From NCBI GenBank assembly GCA_030587475.2, contig JAUQYZ020000212.1, forward strand, positions 1 through 21,923: DNA of 21,923 nt, given 5' to 3'. Origin of the DNA: Candidatus Sigynarchaeum calidifontis. GTDB taxonomy: Archaea; Asgardarchaeota; Lokiarchaeia; Sigyniarchaeales; Sigyniarchaeaceae. Numbering within the stretch: the stretch's first letter is position 1; each line of letters begins with the position of its first letter. The notes beneath the pieces are model-generated. The model did no database searches, was not told where the DNA came from, and saw only the letters and a list, made by a program, of their open reading frames with translations. The position numbers and the translations under genes were made by a program. This document shows positions 8,733 through 18,749 of this stretch, piece by piece.

Positions 8733-8753
8733 CCGGAAATCTTCCTTTTCCCC

Positions 8754-10688
8754 TTATTCGTATTGGAAAAACCACTCGTGCAGTGAATTTTGTACCATTT
8801 TGACCTGGAAAGTGACGTGGTCTCCACGACGCACGATGTTCGCGGTAGGATCGCCATCCGGCACGAAATCGAGAGCTAACCGCTCGATCTTGTTGTACCT
8901 GAGCAACGCGTCGATCCCGGCCTCGTCAAGCGTGTCTTTCTCCTCGAGGTTCTTGCGCCACTCGTCGAATGCCCTGCTTGAATCGGGGGTTAGCTGGCAC
9001 GTGGACGCGCTTTTGAAGGTCACTTGCTTCCCATTCAAGGAAAAACGCTCTGGTACACTTATCTCGGCCGTCACCGGCTCGCACGTTTCTTGCAAATCCT
9101 CCGAGAAATACCATGCCATTGCCACGACCTCCTTGGTATCCCGCGAGAGAGAAGCAATCATGTTGAACCAGGATGCCTTCTCTGGCGGTACATCCTCCAT
9201 CCATTCCACCTTCACCTCGTCCGGGCCGAGATTCTGAAGCATCCCATACACGTGGAACACCGGTTTCTTGACCACGATGAAAGGCTCGTTCCACGCGGGA
9301 TGCATCGGATGGGAAGAGAACAGCCGTGCACGGTCCTCGATGTGTGCATAGACGTTCCACTTGGCGCTGTGGGTCGGCACGTCGAATTTTCCTGACGAGA
9401 GCAAAAACGGCGCGACGACCTTGGCGTTCGCCCCCACGAGCTTCCGATCGACAGGAACGGTCGTCGTGGTGCAACGGTACCCTCCAAAAGGCCAACGCTC
9501 ATCGATCATGTGCAAGTTATCGCTGTAAGCCCCGTAAATGGACACCCACGGGGGTGCATCGTCCCGTAAATAATCCAGCAATTTCTTGTACAAGTTAGCA
9601 ACGAAACACGGATAATACGTGGTCTCCCTGAAGGCATAGATCGGATTCTCGACGATCCCGCTAACGCAATCTAGAAACTCGTCGGCTTCATTTATCAAGA
9701 TGGGCACCCGGGTGGGCGAAGCCATGTCGGTAAATTCCGGAAAATCACCTATTGTTTTCACGTATTCCTTGAGCCTTTTAATTATTTCGTCTGAACTCGG
9801 ATGCTTGTGCGTTGCTGGATGGCCGCCCTTTGCATGAACCGAGATGAAATCGAGGGGAACCTTGTATTGAGTAACGTAGGCAAGGAATCGCTTGAGAAAA
9901 TCGATCCGCCGGGCGATCGCTGGCCCGCCAATGCGCAGCTCGGGATCGATGGCCTTGATGGTCTTGGCCGTCTTTTCGTAGAGCTCGGCATACTCCTCTA
10001 CCGTGCCAGTCCAAAACCCTAGCCCGTCCGGCTCGTTCCATAACTCGAAGAGCCAATCCCTGATTTTTTCCGCGCCGAATCGCTCCTGGAGGTGCTTGAT
10101 GGTTTCGCGAACGAGTTCCCCCCATACCGTGAAGGAACGAGGCGGGCAAGATTGTATAGCCTTGGGATCGTCATCAAAATCCTCCCGGGGGTCGAAATTC
10201 ACCAAGGCATCACGCGCATCGGGTTGCTTGAACGCGTGGGCTGCACGCGAGTTCATTGCAAGTGCCGGGGGCGTGAAACCGAGCTCGACGAACGGGATGC
10301 AACCCGCGTCCAAGAAAGTCTGGTAAACTGCATCGAGGCGGTCAAAATTGCAGTGGAGCCCTTTATCATCGTAGGTGACGTCCACGAGCCCGGCATTCTT
10401 CGCACCTTGGCGGTCACCCCCGTCCCCGGTGAACATGTTATGGCACCGGACATACCTGAAGACCTTGTTAGGAAAATCGCGGAATTCCCGTGAGCCCTTG
10501 ATTCGTGGAAACACGATCGAAGAAGGACTGCGCATTACCGCGTGATTGTTCGCATCCCGGATGAGATCGAAGATTTTCTGGCCCAGCGGATCGAGAACGG
10601 CGCGTATCTCGTCGAAACCGAGATCCGCCATGAGTGCTGGAAGCGGGCCGATGATCTGTTCGGGGTGTAAGATAGCGTTAAAATTCAT
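8754..10688 (-). CDS. Glycoside hydrolase family 39 (beta-xylosidase/alpha-L-iduronidase-like), probably cytoplasmic
   Basis: YVRCHNMF, NFDRLD, PFVELGFTP, FELWNEPD (acid/base), IGGPA, LDFISVH, PILINE (nucleophile) and KKPVF. No signal peptide is evident. Confidence 0.88.
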   Translation of the reverse strand: MNFNAILHPEQIIGPLPALMADLGFDEIRAVLDPLGQKIFDLIRDANNHAVMRSPSSIVFPRIKGSREFRDFPNKVFRYVRCHNMFTGDGGDRQGAKNAGLVDVTYDDKGLHCNFDRLDAVYQTFLDAGCIPFVELGFTPPALAMNSRAAHAFKQPDARDALVNFDPREDFDDDPKAIQSCPPRSFTVWGELVRETIKHLQERFGAEKIRDWLFELWNEPDGLGFWTGTVEEYAELYEKTAKTIKAIDPELRIGGPAIARRIDFLKRFLAYVTQYKVPLDFISVHAKGGHPATHKHPSSDEIIKRLKEYVKTIGDFPEFTDMASPTRVPILINEADEFLDCVSGIVENPIYAFRETTYYPCFVANLYKKLLDYLRDDAPPWVSIYGAYSDNLHMIDERWPFGGYRCTTTTVPVDRKLVGANAKVVAPFLLSSGKFDVPTHSAKWNVYAHIEDRARLFSSHPMHPAWNEPFIVVKKPVFHVYGMLQNLGPDEVKVEWMEDVPPEKASWFNMIASLSRDTKEVVAMAWYFSEDLQETCEPVTAEISVPERFSLNGKQVTFKSASTCQLTPDSSRAFDEWRKNLEEKDTLDEAGIDALLRYNKIERLALDFVPDGDPTANIVRRGDHVTFQVKMVQNSLHEWFFQYE

Positions 10689-10852
10689 CGTCCATTACAG
10701 AAGCGATCGAGAGGATAAAAGAGTTATAATCGTAGGGTTGCGTTCCGAGCTTAAGATAACGACCAGGGGCAGTGAAGAGAATTCGATGCTAGAATTAAAA
10801 AGCGAGAGCCGGTCATGCTACTACCCTTCGGCCAATCATCTCGGTGGGCAGC

Positions 10853-11461
10853 ATGCTGGTCAAGGATACAATTGTCTTGGAAGCCGCGGACCACGCGGAA
10901 CTCGGCAAGCTCTTGTTTCAAAAGATTCGGAAAGAAGGCATCAGCATCCGTGACGCGGCAATCTTTCCGGTATCCACGGACAGCGTTTTCGTGCTTGCTT
11001 CCTTGCTCATGTCAGATGAAGCAGGCGAAATCCACGGCGCGATCTGGATGCCCGGCGAGAACAAGCCGCCTATATCGCCCGAAACGAAGACGATCTTGCT
11101 TGTTGATGCCATCGTTCAAAAAAGCAGCACCAGGGCAAGGCAAGCCAAACGCGTGCTCGATTTCCTGTTGAAACGCTTGAAGCTGGAAAAAAAACTCAAG
11201 GGTATCAAGTTTTATGCCCCGTGCTGGCTTTCCGATGCCGAGACGCGGGATAGAGGTGACGGAATCCACCTCATACCCGCTGCTTTTGCTCCCGACATCG
11301 AGAAGATCGTGCCATTTTCAGCAGACGCCAAAACAATCGAGGGCGCGAGGAAACTGGCATTCAAGGATGCCATACAAGAGCTGAAATGGGAAATCGATCA
11401 CGTTTACATGGAGAAACACGAAATCGTGCTTCAAAAATTGAAGACCGAACTTTGGGAATGA
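10853..11461 (+). CDS. Hypothetical protein, possibly a degenerate type I phosphoribosyltransferase fold
   Basis: About 200 aa. TILLVDAIVQKSST resembles the PRT loop hhhhDDhhxTGxT. The ATG at 10853 is preferred over the GTG at 10844. Confidence 0.65.
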   Translation: MLVKDTIVLEAADHAELGKLLFQKIRKEGISIRDAAIFPVSTDSVFVLASLLMSDEAGEIHGAIWMPGENKPPISPETKTILLVDAIVQKSSTRARQAKRVLDFLLKRLKLEKKLKGIKFYAPCWLSDAETRDRGDGIHLIPAAFAPDIEKIVPFSADAKTIEGARKLAFKDAIQELKWEIDHVYMEKHEIVLQKLKTELWE

Positions 11462-11479
11462 AGGAAAAGAGAGGATTCA

Positions 11480-14400
11480 TTACTTGAAGAGCCCGGAAAC
11501 TTGCATCATGGTGAAGATCCGGAGCATCATGGCATTATGCGGGATCCAGACCTCGTTCGGATTGGATGGAACCCCATCGCGGACGAGCGGGTTGCCCGGC
11601 CAATCGCCATACTGGCACCGGTCGCCGAGCACCGCGAGGAAATTCGACTCGTTTGCCGTGAAGCCGCGCGCCCTCGCGTAATCGTTCGATGCAGTGACAA
11701 GCGCGAGCCCGTTCGGGATGCAGCCAGGCACGGCGCCGCTTGGATACCGCGCCCACGAGTACCGGTGATGGTATTGCGGCATGTTCTTGTAACCAACCCC
11801 TTCCATCATGCAGATGCCCGCGGGATTCATGCCGAATAGCCAATCGATGTATGACTGCACGAGCTCAGGGCGTCTATTTGAGGCGTTGACGTGGCACGCG
11901 AGCAATTGTAGCCACGCGCTAGTTAGCATGTCGGTCTGCCTCTCGGCACCATAGAACAAGACATTCTGTCCAGCGAGCAGCGAGTTGACGCGCGCCGTGA
12001 TTGCCGGGTCACCGAGGGCCAGCAGCTGGTCAAACTTTATGGGTTGCCACGCGGCACTGATGCGGCCATGCTTGACCCGGAACGGCTCGTCGAATAACTC
12101 TGCATAATGGCCGGCCTCGATATTGGCGATCTTGTTCATCACTTGCACGGGCACCGTACGGTTGTGGATCACGTAATGGACAAGGATATTGCCGAGCGCG
12201 TAATAGCCAGCCCAGCTGAACCAGAGTGGATCCGCTTGAAGATTGCCCACGTTCGAAAGGATCAGTGGCACGAGAGCATCAACGCTAGTCCAATCATTGC
12301 CGTTTCGTGTGCCGTTCTCTTCTAAATAATAAAATTTTCCAATGTATGACTGGATCCCGTCTGCTTGAGCTCCTTGAACCGTGAGATGCTTGTTGTACAC
12401 GTGATCCGCAAGCTGCCGGAGGTATGTTACGTTCCAGGTAAACCACGCCGGAATGTGCAAGCCAGGAAATTTAACCTGGTATGTTTCGATGAGACGTGCC
12501 ACGTGAAGCAGTGCCCCAGCCACATCGTACCCACGCTCATAACCGACGAACGTGCTATCCCATTGATTGAAAACCACGCGACGAGGAGTCGTCCAATCCA
12601 ATTCAGGCGGGCCCCAATAACTCATCCTTGCCTCCTTTTTGGATGCTTGCCTGAAACCCGATACGGTCTCCCACACGCGGTATTGGTACTCCGCTCCTTG
12701 TAAACCCTCCACGTTGACGCAGTTGACAAGGAATTTCGCACCCCACAGGGCCTCGTCGAACGCGTCGGTCACGCTGCTGTCATACAGGCTCGTGATGTTG
12801 CTGTAGAGGCCGCCGGGATCGACGAGAGCAGCCTCGGCCAGGGCTTGCACGCAATACCATTGGGTTTGGAACCACGAGTTGTACTTGTTGTAATCACCGG
12901 CATCGTGCCAACCTCCTGTGAGGTCGTGGTGCACCCATCTTGAACCGTTCCAGACTTCCGCGTCATCGAGGTGGCACGCGTGATGGCCATGATACCCCGG
13001 CACGACTTCGGCAACCTCGTAATTGCACCGTTGATAGTAGAAAAACCGCAACGCGAGTGCCGTGGCCTTCTCATACACGTCTGGACCAATGTTAAACGAT
13101 GGGCTCGAATATTCCTTTCCATTTACGATCGCTCGCACGTGGTACCGGCCGCTCGCGGAGACCATATCGAACGAACCGAGCATATAGTTGTGGCCGTAGC
13201 GGTTCGTCACGTTTTTCAGGAGCTCGCCATCGTAAACCGATAGGCCGGTCGCCTCGTCGATGATACTGAACGACGCGTTGTCCGGCACGGGATCTTGTTC
13301 CGTCGCGGACTGGAAAAGCACGCGCTTGGGTGCATTCGGCAAGTATCCGACTTGGTTGACCAATAGCATCGGCTGGGCGCGCCCGGACCACTGCGCGCTC
13401 GTGACGATGAGCACGGGGAGCGTCCCTCCCACGACGATACCCGCGACCAGGAGCGCTGCCGCGATCTTGGTTTTCCTTTCCCGCGTGACGAGCATTTGCT
13501 CGGGCCGGGGCGCGACGCGTCTACCGAAAAGTCGGTAGAGCCCTTTCATGGCGAATAACGCGAAGATTGTCGTCGAACCTACGAAGAGCCAGCCCCACGC
13601 GTGCGATACCGGCCACCACCAGTAGAATTCTGCGGAAAACATGTCTTGCTGGCCGAGGCCTGGCGCGGTCGTCGATGCAGCGACTTGTAGCAAGGCTAAA
13701 AGGGCCACTCCTCCCACGAGAACGGGCAAACTTAGCACGCCAGGACGCTTTGCTGCGGGATTTTTCGTCTCTGGCTTTGCCTTCATGCGCTCGACCGCGT
13801 ATACGATAAGACAACAAGGGAACGCGGCGGTCGTCACTAACACGTGTACCGGGATGCTAAAATTAAATATCGCGTGCGGGTTAAAGTTCGTGATGGCCGT
13901 CAGGTACAGCCAGATGGCAAGGAACACGAAGACGAATAGCCACGCGGCTTTGTTTCCCCTGGAGCCGTTTTTTTTAACGTTGATCGTGCCGATGGCCACG
14001 CCGGCGAACCCGATGATCGCGGGCCATGCCGGCACATGGTATGCGAACTGCGTCTCGTACCAGTTAGCGGCGATGGAGAACGAGGGCTTCCACGTCGCGG
14101 CCATCACTATGAGCAAGCCCGCCGACAAGAGCCCGGAGGCGACTAGCACGACGCGCTCCTTCTCGATCGTGAACTTCCACGCGCTAGCGTTCCCGGGATG
14201 GATCTTGAACGAGAACATTGCCACGAGCATGCATGTCAGCAACATGTTGAACCAGATCTCCCCGAAAAAGACATCGGCATCCCATACCGTGTCGAGCAAT
14301 GGCAAGCCATTCCGGCCGAGCCGCATGAGGGGCAAGTGCGTCTTGTCCTGGAGGTCGACGAAGAACATCACGAACAGCGCGTACGCGACGAGAACGGGCA

Positions 14401-14746
14401 TGATGAGCAGGTAGTGTGGGGGCATCCCCTCGCCCTCCTGTTCAGCACTGCGGATGAACCGGAGAGAGGGGAGCGCGAGCAACGTCAAGATGCCGATGAT
14501 GCCACCGATCATGACCAGAACATAGGCAAGATTCTCGCTTCGGCTCGAGAGCAACCCGCCTGCCGCGCACAATGCCCCGCCAGCGATCATCGGGACGACG
14601 ATTGCCCAGACATACCATCCAAGATAGGCAGTGATGAACGGGATGGAGGGTACCACGAGGCCTAGCCCGATCGACGCGAGCCCGAAGACGAGTGGAAGTA
14701 TCATTCCAGTTGTTTTGCTCATAATCGTTCGAATGTCCAAGGCCAT
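11480..14746 (-). CDS. Membrane-embedded GH9 glycoside hydrolase: ~12 TM helices, then an Ig-like (CelD_N) domain and a GH9 catalytic domain
   Basis: The first ~450 aa hold about 12 hydrophobic stretches. These are followed by VNQVGYLPNAPK (CelD_N), LRFFYYQRC, DLTGGWHDAGDYNKY (catalytic Asp pair), DEALWG, FGMNP, YHHR and NEV (catalytic Glu). Confidence 0.92.
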   Translation of the reverse strand: MALDIRTIMSKTTGMILPLVFGLASIGLGLVVPSIPFITAYLGWYVWAIVVPMIAGGALCAAGGLLSSRSENLAYVLVMIGGIIGILTLLALPSLRFIRSAEQEGEGMPPHYLLIMPVLVAYALFVMFFVDLQDKTHLPLMRLGRNGLPLLDTVWDADVFFGEIWFNMLLTCMLVAMFSFKIHPGNASAWKFTIEKERVVLVASGLLSAGLLIVMAATWKPSFSIAANWYETQFAYHVPAWPAIIGFAGVAIGTINVKKNGSRGNKAAWLFVFVFLAIWLYLTAITNFNPHAIFNFSIPVHVLVTTAAFPCCLIVYAVERMKAKPETKNPAAKRPGVLSLPVLVGGVALLALLQVAASTTAPGLGQQDMFSAEFYWWWPVSHAWGWLFVGSTTIFALFAMKGLYRLFGRRVAPRPEQMLVTRERKTKIAAALLVAGIVVGGTLPVLIVTSAQWSGRAQPMLLVNQVGYLPNAPKRVLFQSATEQDPVPDNASFSIIDEATGLSVYDGELLKNVTNRYGHNYMLGSFDMVSASGRYHVRAIVNGKEYSSPSFNIGPDVYEKATALALRFFYYQRCNYEVAEVVPGYHGHHACHLDDAEVWNGSRWVHHDLTGGWHDAGDYNKYNSWFQTQWYCVQALAEAALVDPGGLYSNITSLYDSSVTDAFDEALWGAKFLVNCVNVEGLQGAEYQYRVWETVSGFRQASKKEARMSYWGPPELDWTTPRRVVFNQWDSTFVGYERGYDVAGALLHVARLIETYQVKFPGLHIPAWFTWNVTYLRQLADHVYNKHLTVQGAQADGIQSYIGKFYYLEENGTRNGNDWTSVDALVPLILSNVGNLQADPLWFSWAGYYALGNILVHYVIHNRTVPVQVMNKIANIEAGHYAELFDEPFRVKHGRISAAWQPIKFDQLLALGDPAITARVNSLLAGQNVLFYGAERQTDMLTSAWLQLLACHVNASNRRPELVQSYIDWLFGMNPAGICMMEGVGYKNMPQYHHRYSWARYPSGAVPGCIPNGLALVTASNDYARARGFTANESNFLAVLGDRCQYGDWPGNPLVRDGVPSNPNEVWIPHNAMMLRIFTMMQVSGLFK

Positions 14747-14764
14747 TTAAGCCTTGAACGTGCG

Positions 14765-14794
14765 GGTAAAAAGAAAAGAAGGCAAGTCCCGAGA
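14765..14794 (-). terminator. Putative oligo-T terminator after bcp
   Basis: The minus strand reads CCTTCTTTTCTTTTT shortly after the bcp stop, consistent with an archaeal U-rich terminator. Confidence 0.35.
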
Positions 14795-15250
14795 TTATTT
14801 CCTCAGCTCGGCGATTTTTGACTTGACCTCAGCGGGATGATCCTTCGGCTTCACGGCTTTCCACGTGAACGCGACTTTGCCAGCCGGATCGATGAGGATC
14901 GTGTCCCTGCTGATGTGACCGCCGTTAGCCTTGTACGCGCCGTAAGCCTTGATTGTCTCGTAGGGCTTGTCGCTCAACAGCGTGACTTTCAGCTTGTACT
15001 TGTCCACGAACTTCTTGTGGCTTTGTACCGTGTCAGCTGACACGCCGATTATCTGCGCATCGAGTTTTTGAAACTCCTCGAATATGTTCGTGAAACCAAT
15101 CGCCTCCGTGCAGCAACCGGGGGTGTTATCCTTTGGGTAGAAATATAGCACGATCCATTTTCCCTTGAAGTCTTTTAAAGCACGTTCATTGCCATCCTGG
15201 TCTTGCAGCTTGAAATCCGGTGCCGCGTCTCCAATTTTCGGTACAGGCAT
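14795..15250 (-). CDS. bcp: Peroxiredoxin, BCP/PrxQ family
   Basis: GDAAPDFKL, VLYFYPKDNTPGC (PxxxTxxC), IIGVSAD, LLSD and R.TILID..GKV. The start is placed at the ATG at 15250 rather than 15313. Confidence 0.93.
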   Translation of the reverse strand: MPVPKIGDAAPDFKLQDQDGNERALKDFKGKWIVLYFYPKDNTPGCCTEAIGFTNIFEEFQKLDAQIIGVSADTVQSHKKFVDKYKLKVTLLSDKPYETIKAYGAYKANGGHISRDTILIDPAGKVAFTWKAVKPKDHPAEVKSKIAELRK

Positions 15251-15411
15251 GATTATTGCCCCCAAAATCTCGGTCATGGACATGTAAAAAAGTATTACGA
15301 GGAACAAGGCCACACGTGCTTATTTCTTTGTACCGATAATACGTGAAAACCGAAATCAAGGAATGACGTTTCGATGATAATCGACGGGAGAGGGTAATAA
15401 AAAAGGCCGCG

Positions 15412-16272
15412 CTACTTCCGGGCCTCGATGATTGCCTTCAATTTGCCAAGATCATGCGCGTCACGCTTCCACAGCGGTGTTTTGTCATATTGATACACGC
15501 GAAGGTTCTCATGAAATGTTGGTTTCTCGCTGCGGTAGAAAATGCCGAGTGGTAACTTCTCGACCTCGCAAGCGCGCTTGAAGGCTTGCTGCCGGTTCCG
15601 AGCGTCGTGTTCTTTTTCGAGATAATACACGTGGTCGTTGTACCACTGGAACGTGTTGAGCTTGTTGAACGACGGGCACGGTTGCAAGATATCAACGAGT
15701 GCATATCCCGGATGCTTGATGGCTTGCTTGATGATGTCGACGGATTGTTGCTGGTGGCCGGCGTACGCGCGCGCCACGAACGACGCGTCGAGCGCGATGG
15801 CCACGGAAATCGGATTGAACGGCTCGAGGATGACGCCGTCGACTTGCACGGGCGTCACCATGCCTTTCAAGCTCGTGGGTGAAGCTTGTCCCTTCGTGAG
15901 CCCGTAGATCATGTTATCGTGAACGATGTGGGTGAGCCGGGGGTTGCGCCGAATGTTGTGGATAAAATGGTTGCCACCCTCGCCGTAATTGCAGCCCTCG
16001 CCGCTTTCCGCGATGACCGTCAAGTCCGGGTTCACGGCCTTGATCGCCATGGCGACCGGAACAGACCTGCCGTGGAGACCGTTGAAGTAATTGCATCGAA
16101 TGTAATGGGGGAACTTGGCAGCTTGGCCGATACCCGACACGAACACCAGCTTTTCTGGCGGGATATCGAGCTCGGCGAGGGCTTGCTTCACGATCTTGAG
16201 AATGCTGAAATTGCCGCAGCCGGGGCACCACTGGTTATCGATACCAGCCACGTCGTATGTCTTTGGGTCCAT
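15412..16272 (-). CDS. korB: 2-oxoacid:ferredoxin oxidoreductase beta subunit (TPP-binding)
   Basis: [34 protein letters not shown] and [10 protein letters not shown]. The real start is MDPKTY at 16272, just after the alpha-subunit stop and preceded by GGAGGTGG. Confidence 0.92.
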   Translation of the reverse strand: MDPKTYDVAGIDNQWCPGCGNFSILKIVKQALAELDIPPEKLVFVSGIGQAAKFPHYIRCNYFNGLHGRSVPVAMAIKAVNPDLTVIAESGEGCNYGEGGNHFIHNIRRNPRLTHIVHDNMIYGLTKGQASPTSLKGMVTPVQVDGVILEPFNPISVAIALDASFVARAYAGHQQQSVDIIKQAIKHPGYALVDILQPCPSFNKLNTFQWYNDHVYYLEKEHDARNRQQAFKRACEVEKLPLGIFYRSEKPTFHENLRVYQYDKTPLWKRDAHDLGKLKAIIEARK

Positions 16273-16276
16273 GGAT

Positions 16277-17986
16277 TCAAGCCACCTCCTCCTTGATGCG
16301 CCTCGCGAGCTCCTCCACGTGGAATGGCTCGCCGCTGTACTTGAGGATTTTGCGGTGGATGTCAATGCCCAGCTCGAGCTTGAGGAGTTGCGCGAGTTGT
16401 GCAGTTGGACTTTGCTCGACGAGCACGAGCCGCGTGGCTTGCGAGAAATACTTGCGGATATCGGGAGATAATGGATGCAATTGGAGGAGATGCAAGTGCC
16501 CGACCGATGGATTCCCGACGATAGAGAGCGCCTCGTCGATGGCGTTCGACGTCGAGCCCCAGCCGACCACGAGCGCCTTGTAGTTTTTTGGCCCCGTGTA
16601 TCGCGGGGGAAGGGCATCATCCCCCATGTTTTCCAATTTACGAAGCCGCTTGTCGACCATCATTGTTCGAATAGCGAAGTCCTCTGTAATGTGGCCGTCC
16701 TCGTCGTGCTCGTCGCTGTCCACGAGCACGAGACCGTCGCCATTGCCAGGGATCCCCCTCGGGGAGATCCCGCTTGGCGTGATCGCATAGCGCTTGTATG
16801 CTTTCGACGTCTGCACGACGTGGCTTTCTATCCGCAAGCCATCGAGCTTGAACGGGGGATTGTTGTAATACGAATCGATATAATACTGGTCGGACAAGAT
16901 GAACACGGGCACCTGGTACTTCGCGGCAAGGTTGAAAGCCTTGTGCGCGAGAAAGAAGCCATCGTCTATCGTCCCCGGTGCCAGGATGATGCGCGGGAAC
17001 TCGCCATGCCCCGCGTGGAGAGCCAGGTTGAGGTCACCTTGTTCGGTCCTCGTCGGGAGGCCGGTCGCCGGTCCCGGCCGCTGGCCGATGTGGATCACGA
17101 CCGGGCTCTCGATCATGCCGGCCAGGCTCACGCCCTCGCACATAAGATCGAACCCGCCGCCCGATGTCGTGACCATGGCCCTGGCGCCGGCATACCAGGC
17201 CCCGAGTGCCATGTTGATCGCAGCTATCTCGTCTTCTGCTTGCTCCACGATGATGTCGAAGACCCGAGATTTTTCAGCCAACGACGAGAGCACCGCGGTC
17301 GACGGGGACATGGGGTAAGACCCGATGAAATTGCAGCCTCCCGCGATGGCCCCGAGCGCGATTGCCTCGGCGCCGTTGATGAGGATGTCGTCGGCAACGC
17401 ATGCGTCCGTTTGCATCTCGAGCTTGACCATTCCAGAATCGACGAGATTTTTCCCCGCGTCCATTCCCTTCTGTAATGCGATCAGGTTCTTCTGAACGAT
17501 ATCTGCGTGCTTGTAAGCGAATTCGAGCTTGATTTGCTCCTCAGCGATGGCTTTCTCGATGCCCAGCAAGCCGCTCACGAGCCCGATCGCAACCGTGCTG
17601 GTCAGGATTTTCCCTCCGACATCATCGGCCATCGCCGTCATCGGTACGGGAAGGTGGATCCCGTGCCCGGCATAGATGTCCTTGTCACACGCCACGAATG
17701 TGGATTCCCGGATGCGAGATGAAAGTCGTGCCAAAGCCCCTTTCTCTAACGCCACGAGCAAGTCGATCCGGTCGATATAACAGTTTACTTTTTTCTTGAA
17801 GGAAAAACGTATCTCCGTGGAGTTCGCGCCGAGCCGTACACGGGACATGTATTCTTTCGTCGCAAATACATTGTAACATGCGTGTTTTAAGATGCGTACC
17901 AGCACGGATTCGATGGTTTCGATTCCCTGGCCCGCTTGGCCTGCAAGAACAAGCGAGATATCGTCGGGGGATTGGTTCGCTGTCAT
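16277..17986 (-). CDS. korA: 2-oxoacid:ferredoxin oxidoreductase alpha subunit (fused gamma-alpha)
   Basis: [61 protein letters not shown] and SDEHDEDG. Substrate specificity cannot be determined from the sequence. Confidence 0.93.
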   Translation of the reverse strand: MTANQSPDDISLVLAGQAGQGIETIESVLVRILKHACYNVFATKEYMSRVRLGANSTEIRFSFKKKVNCYIDRIDLLVALEKGALARLSSRIRESTFVACDKDIYAGHGIHLPVPMTAMADDVGGKILTSTVAIGLVSGLLGIEKAIAEEQIKLEFAYKHADIVQKNLIALQKGMDAGKNLVDSGMVKLEMQTDACVADDILINGAEAIALGAIAGGCNFIGSYPMSPSTAVLSSLAEKSRVFDIIVEQAEDEIAAINMALGAWYAGARAMVTTSGGGFDLMCEGVSLAGMIESPVVIHIGQRPGPATGLPTRTEQGDLNLALHAGHGEFPRIILAPGTIDDGFFLAHKAFNLAAKYQVPVFILSDQYYIDSYYNNPPFKLDGLRIESHVVQTSKAYKRYAITPSGISPRGIPGNGDGLVLVDSDEHDEDGHITEDFAIRTMMVDKRLRKLENMGDDALPPRYTGPKNYKALVVGWGSTSNAIDEALSIVGNPSVGHLHLLQLHPLSPDIRKYFSQATRLVLVEQSPTAQLAQLLKLELGIDIHRKILKYSGEPFHVEELARRIKEEVA

Positions 17987-18254
17987 CGCTACCGACTCGC
18001 TTCAATGTCTCGGTAATCGACCACGAGGGCATTTAATATATCGGTGATGAAATAAAGGTTCGCGAGGGAGGGAAGAAGCGGAATCGTGCTTTCCTTCACG
18101 AGATCGATTTTTTGATGGGAGTATTTAAATGGAGAGGCATGATCTTGTCCAGTTCTTTTTTTGAATTATGATTGCACGAGTTTTTTCTTTAAGCCATTAG
18201 GCATAAACCTTTATCCCAGCCGCGGGAATCTTACATGCAAGGTGCATTCTCGCC

Positions 18255-18689
18255 ATGTATTCCAAACGCGTGATCGATCATTTCACGAACCCGCGAAACG
18301 CCGGGGAAATTCCAGAGCCAGATGGCGCTGGCACGGTTGGCAATCCCACGTGCGGGGACTTGATGACCATCCAGATAAAAGTGCAAGATGATATCATCAA
18401 GGATGTCAAGTTCAAGACCTTCGGTTGCGCGGCGGCGATCGCCACATCGAGCATGATTACTGAAATGGCGATCGGAAAAAACATCGTCGATGCATACAAG
18501 ATAACCCGGCAAGACGTGGCGGACAGCTTGGACGGGCTCCCTCCGGCCAAAATGCACTGTTCCAACCTGGCAAGTGATGCCTTGCGCGTCGCGATCGATG
18601 ATTACTTGAAGAAACACGGCCGCCAGCCTCTCGGTTCCGAGGCGGATGTCGCTCAGCTGTGCGATGCCGGAGACGACGAAAGCCATTGA
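18255..18689 (+). CDS. iscU: Fe-S cluster scaffold protein, IscU/NifU-N type
   Basis: YSKRVIDHFTNPRNAG, GNPTCGD, FKTFGCAAAIA and LPPAKMHCS; all three Cys ligands are present. Confidence 0.95.
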   Translation: MYSKRVIDHFTNPRNAGEIPEPDGAGTVGNPTCGDLMTIQIKVQDDIIKDVKFKTFGCAAAIATSSMITEMAIGKNIVDAYKITRQDVADSLDGLPPAKMHCSNLASDALRVAIDDYLKKHGRQPLGSEADVAQLCDAGDDESH

Positions 18690-18749
18690 CTAAAAGCGTG
18701 AACGCACGATGATCGATTAATATATTCGGACGAAATAACCTCGTCAATT

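Noticed and set aside
15251-15313. Hydrophobic 21-aa leader on bcp that looks like a signal peptide
   Set aside because: It starts at a GTG in the AT-rich upstream region. BCP homology begins at MPVPKIGD, so the leader is probably not translated.
16273-16620. N-terminal extension of the 402-aa korB ORF
   Set aside because: It overlaps korA in another frame and is low-complexity S/R-rich. The family-like sequence begins at MDPKTY (16272), which has a good RBS.
16475-17476. Long alternative-frame ORFs (333 aa here; also 3846-4721, 1161-1901, 13641-14414, 7392-8096)
   Set aside because: They are antisense or shifted-frame shadows of well-supported genes in GC-rich coding DNA and show no recognisable motifs.
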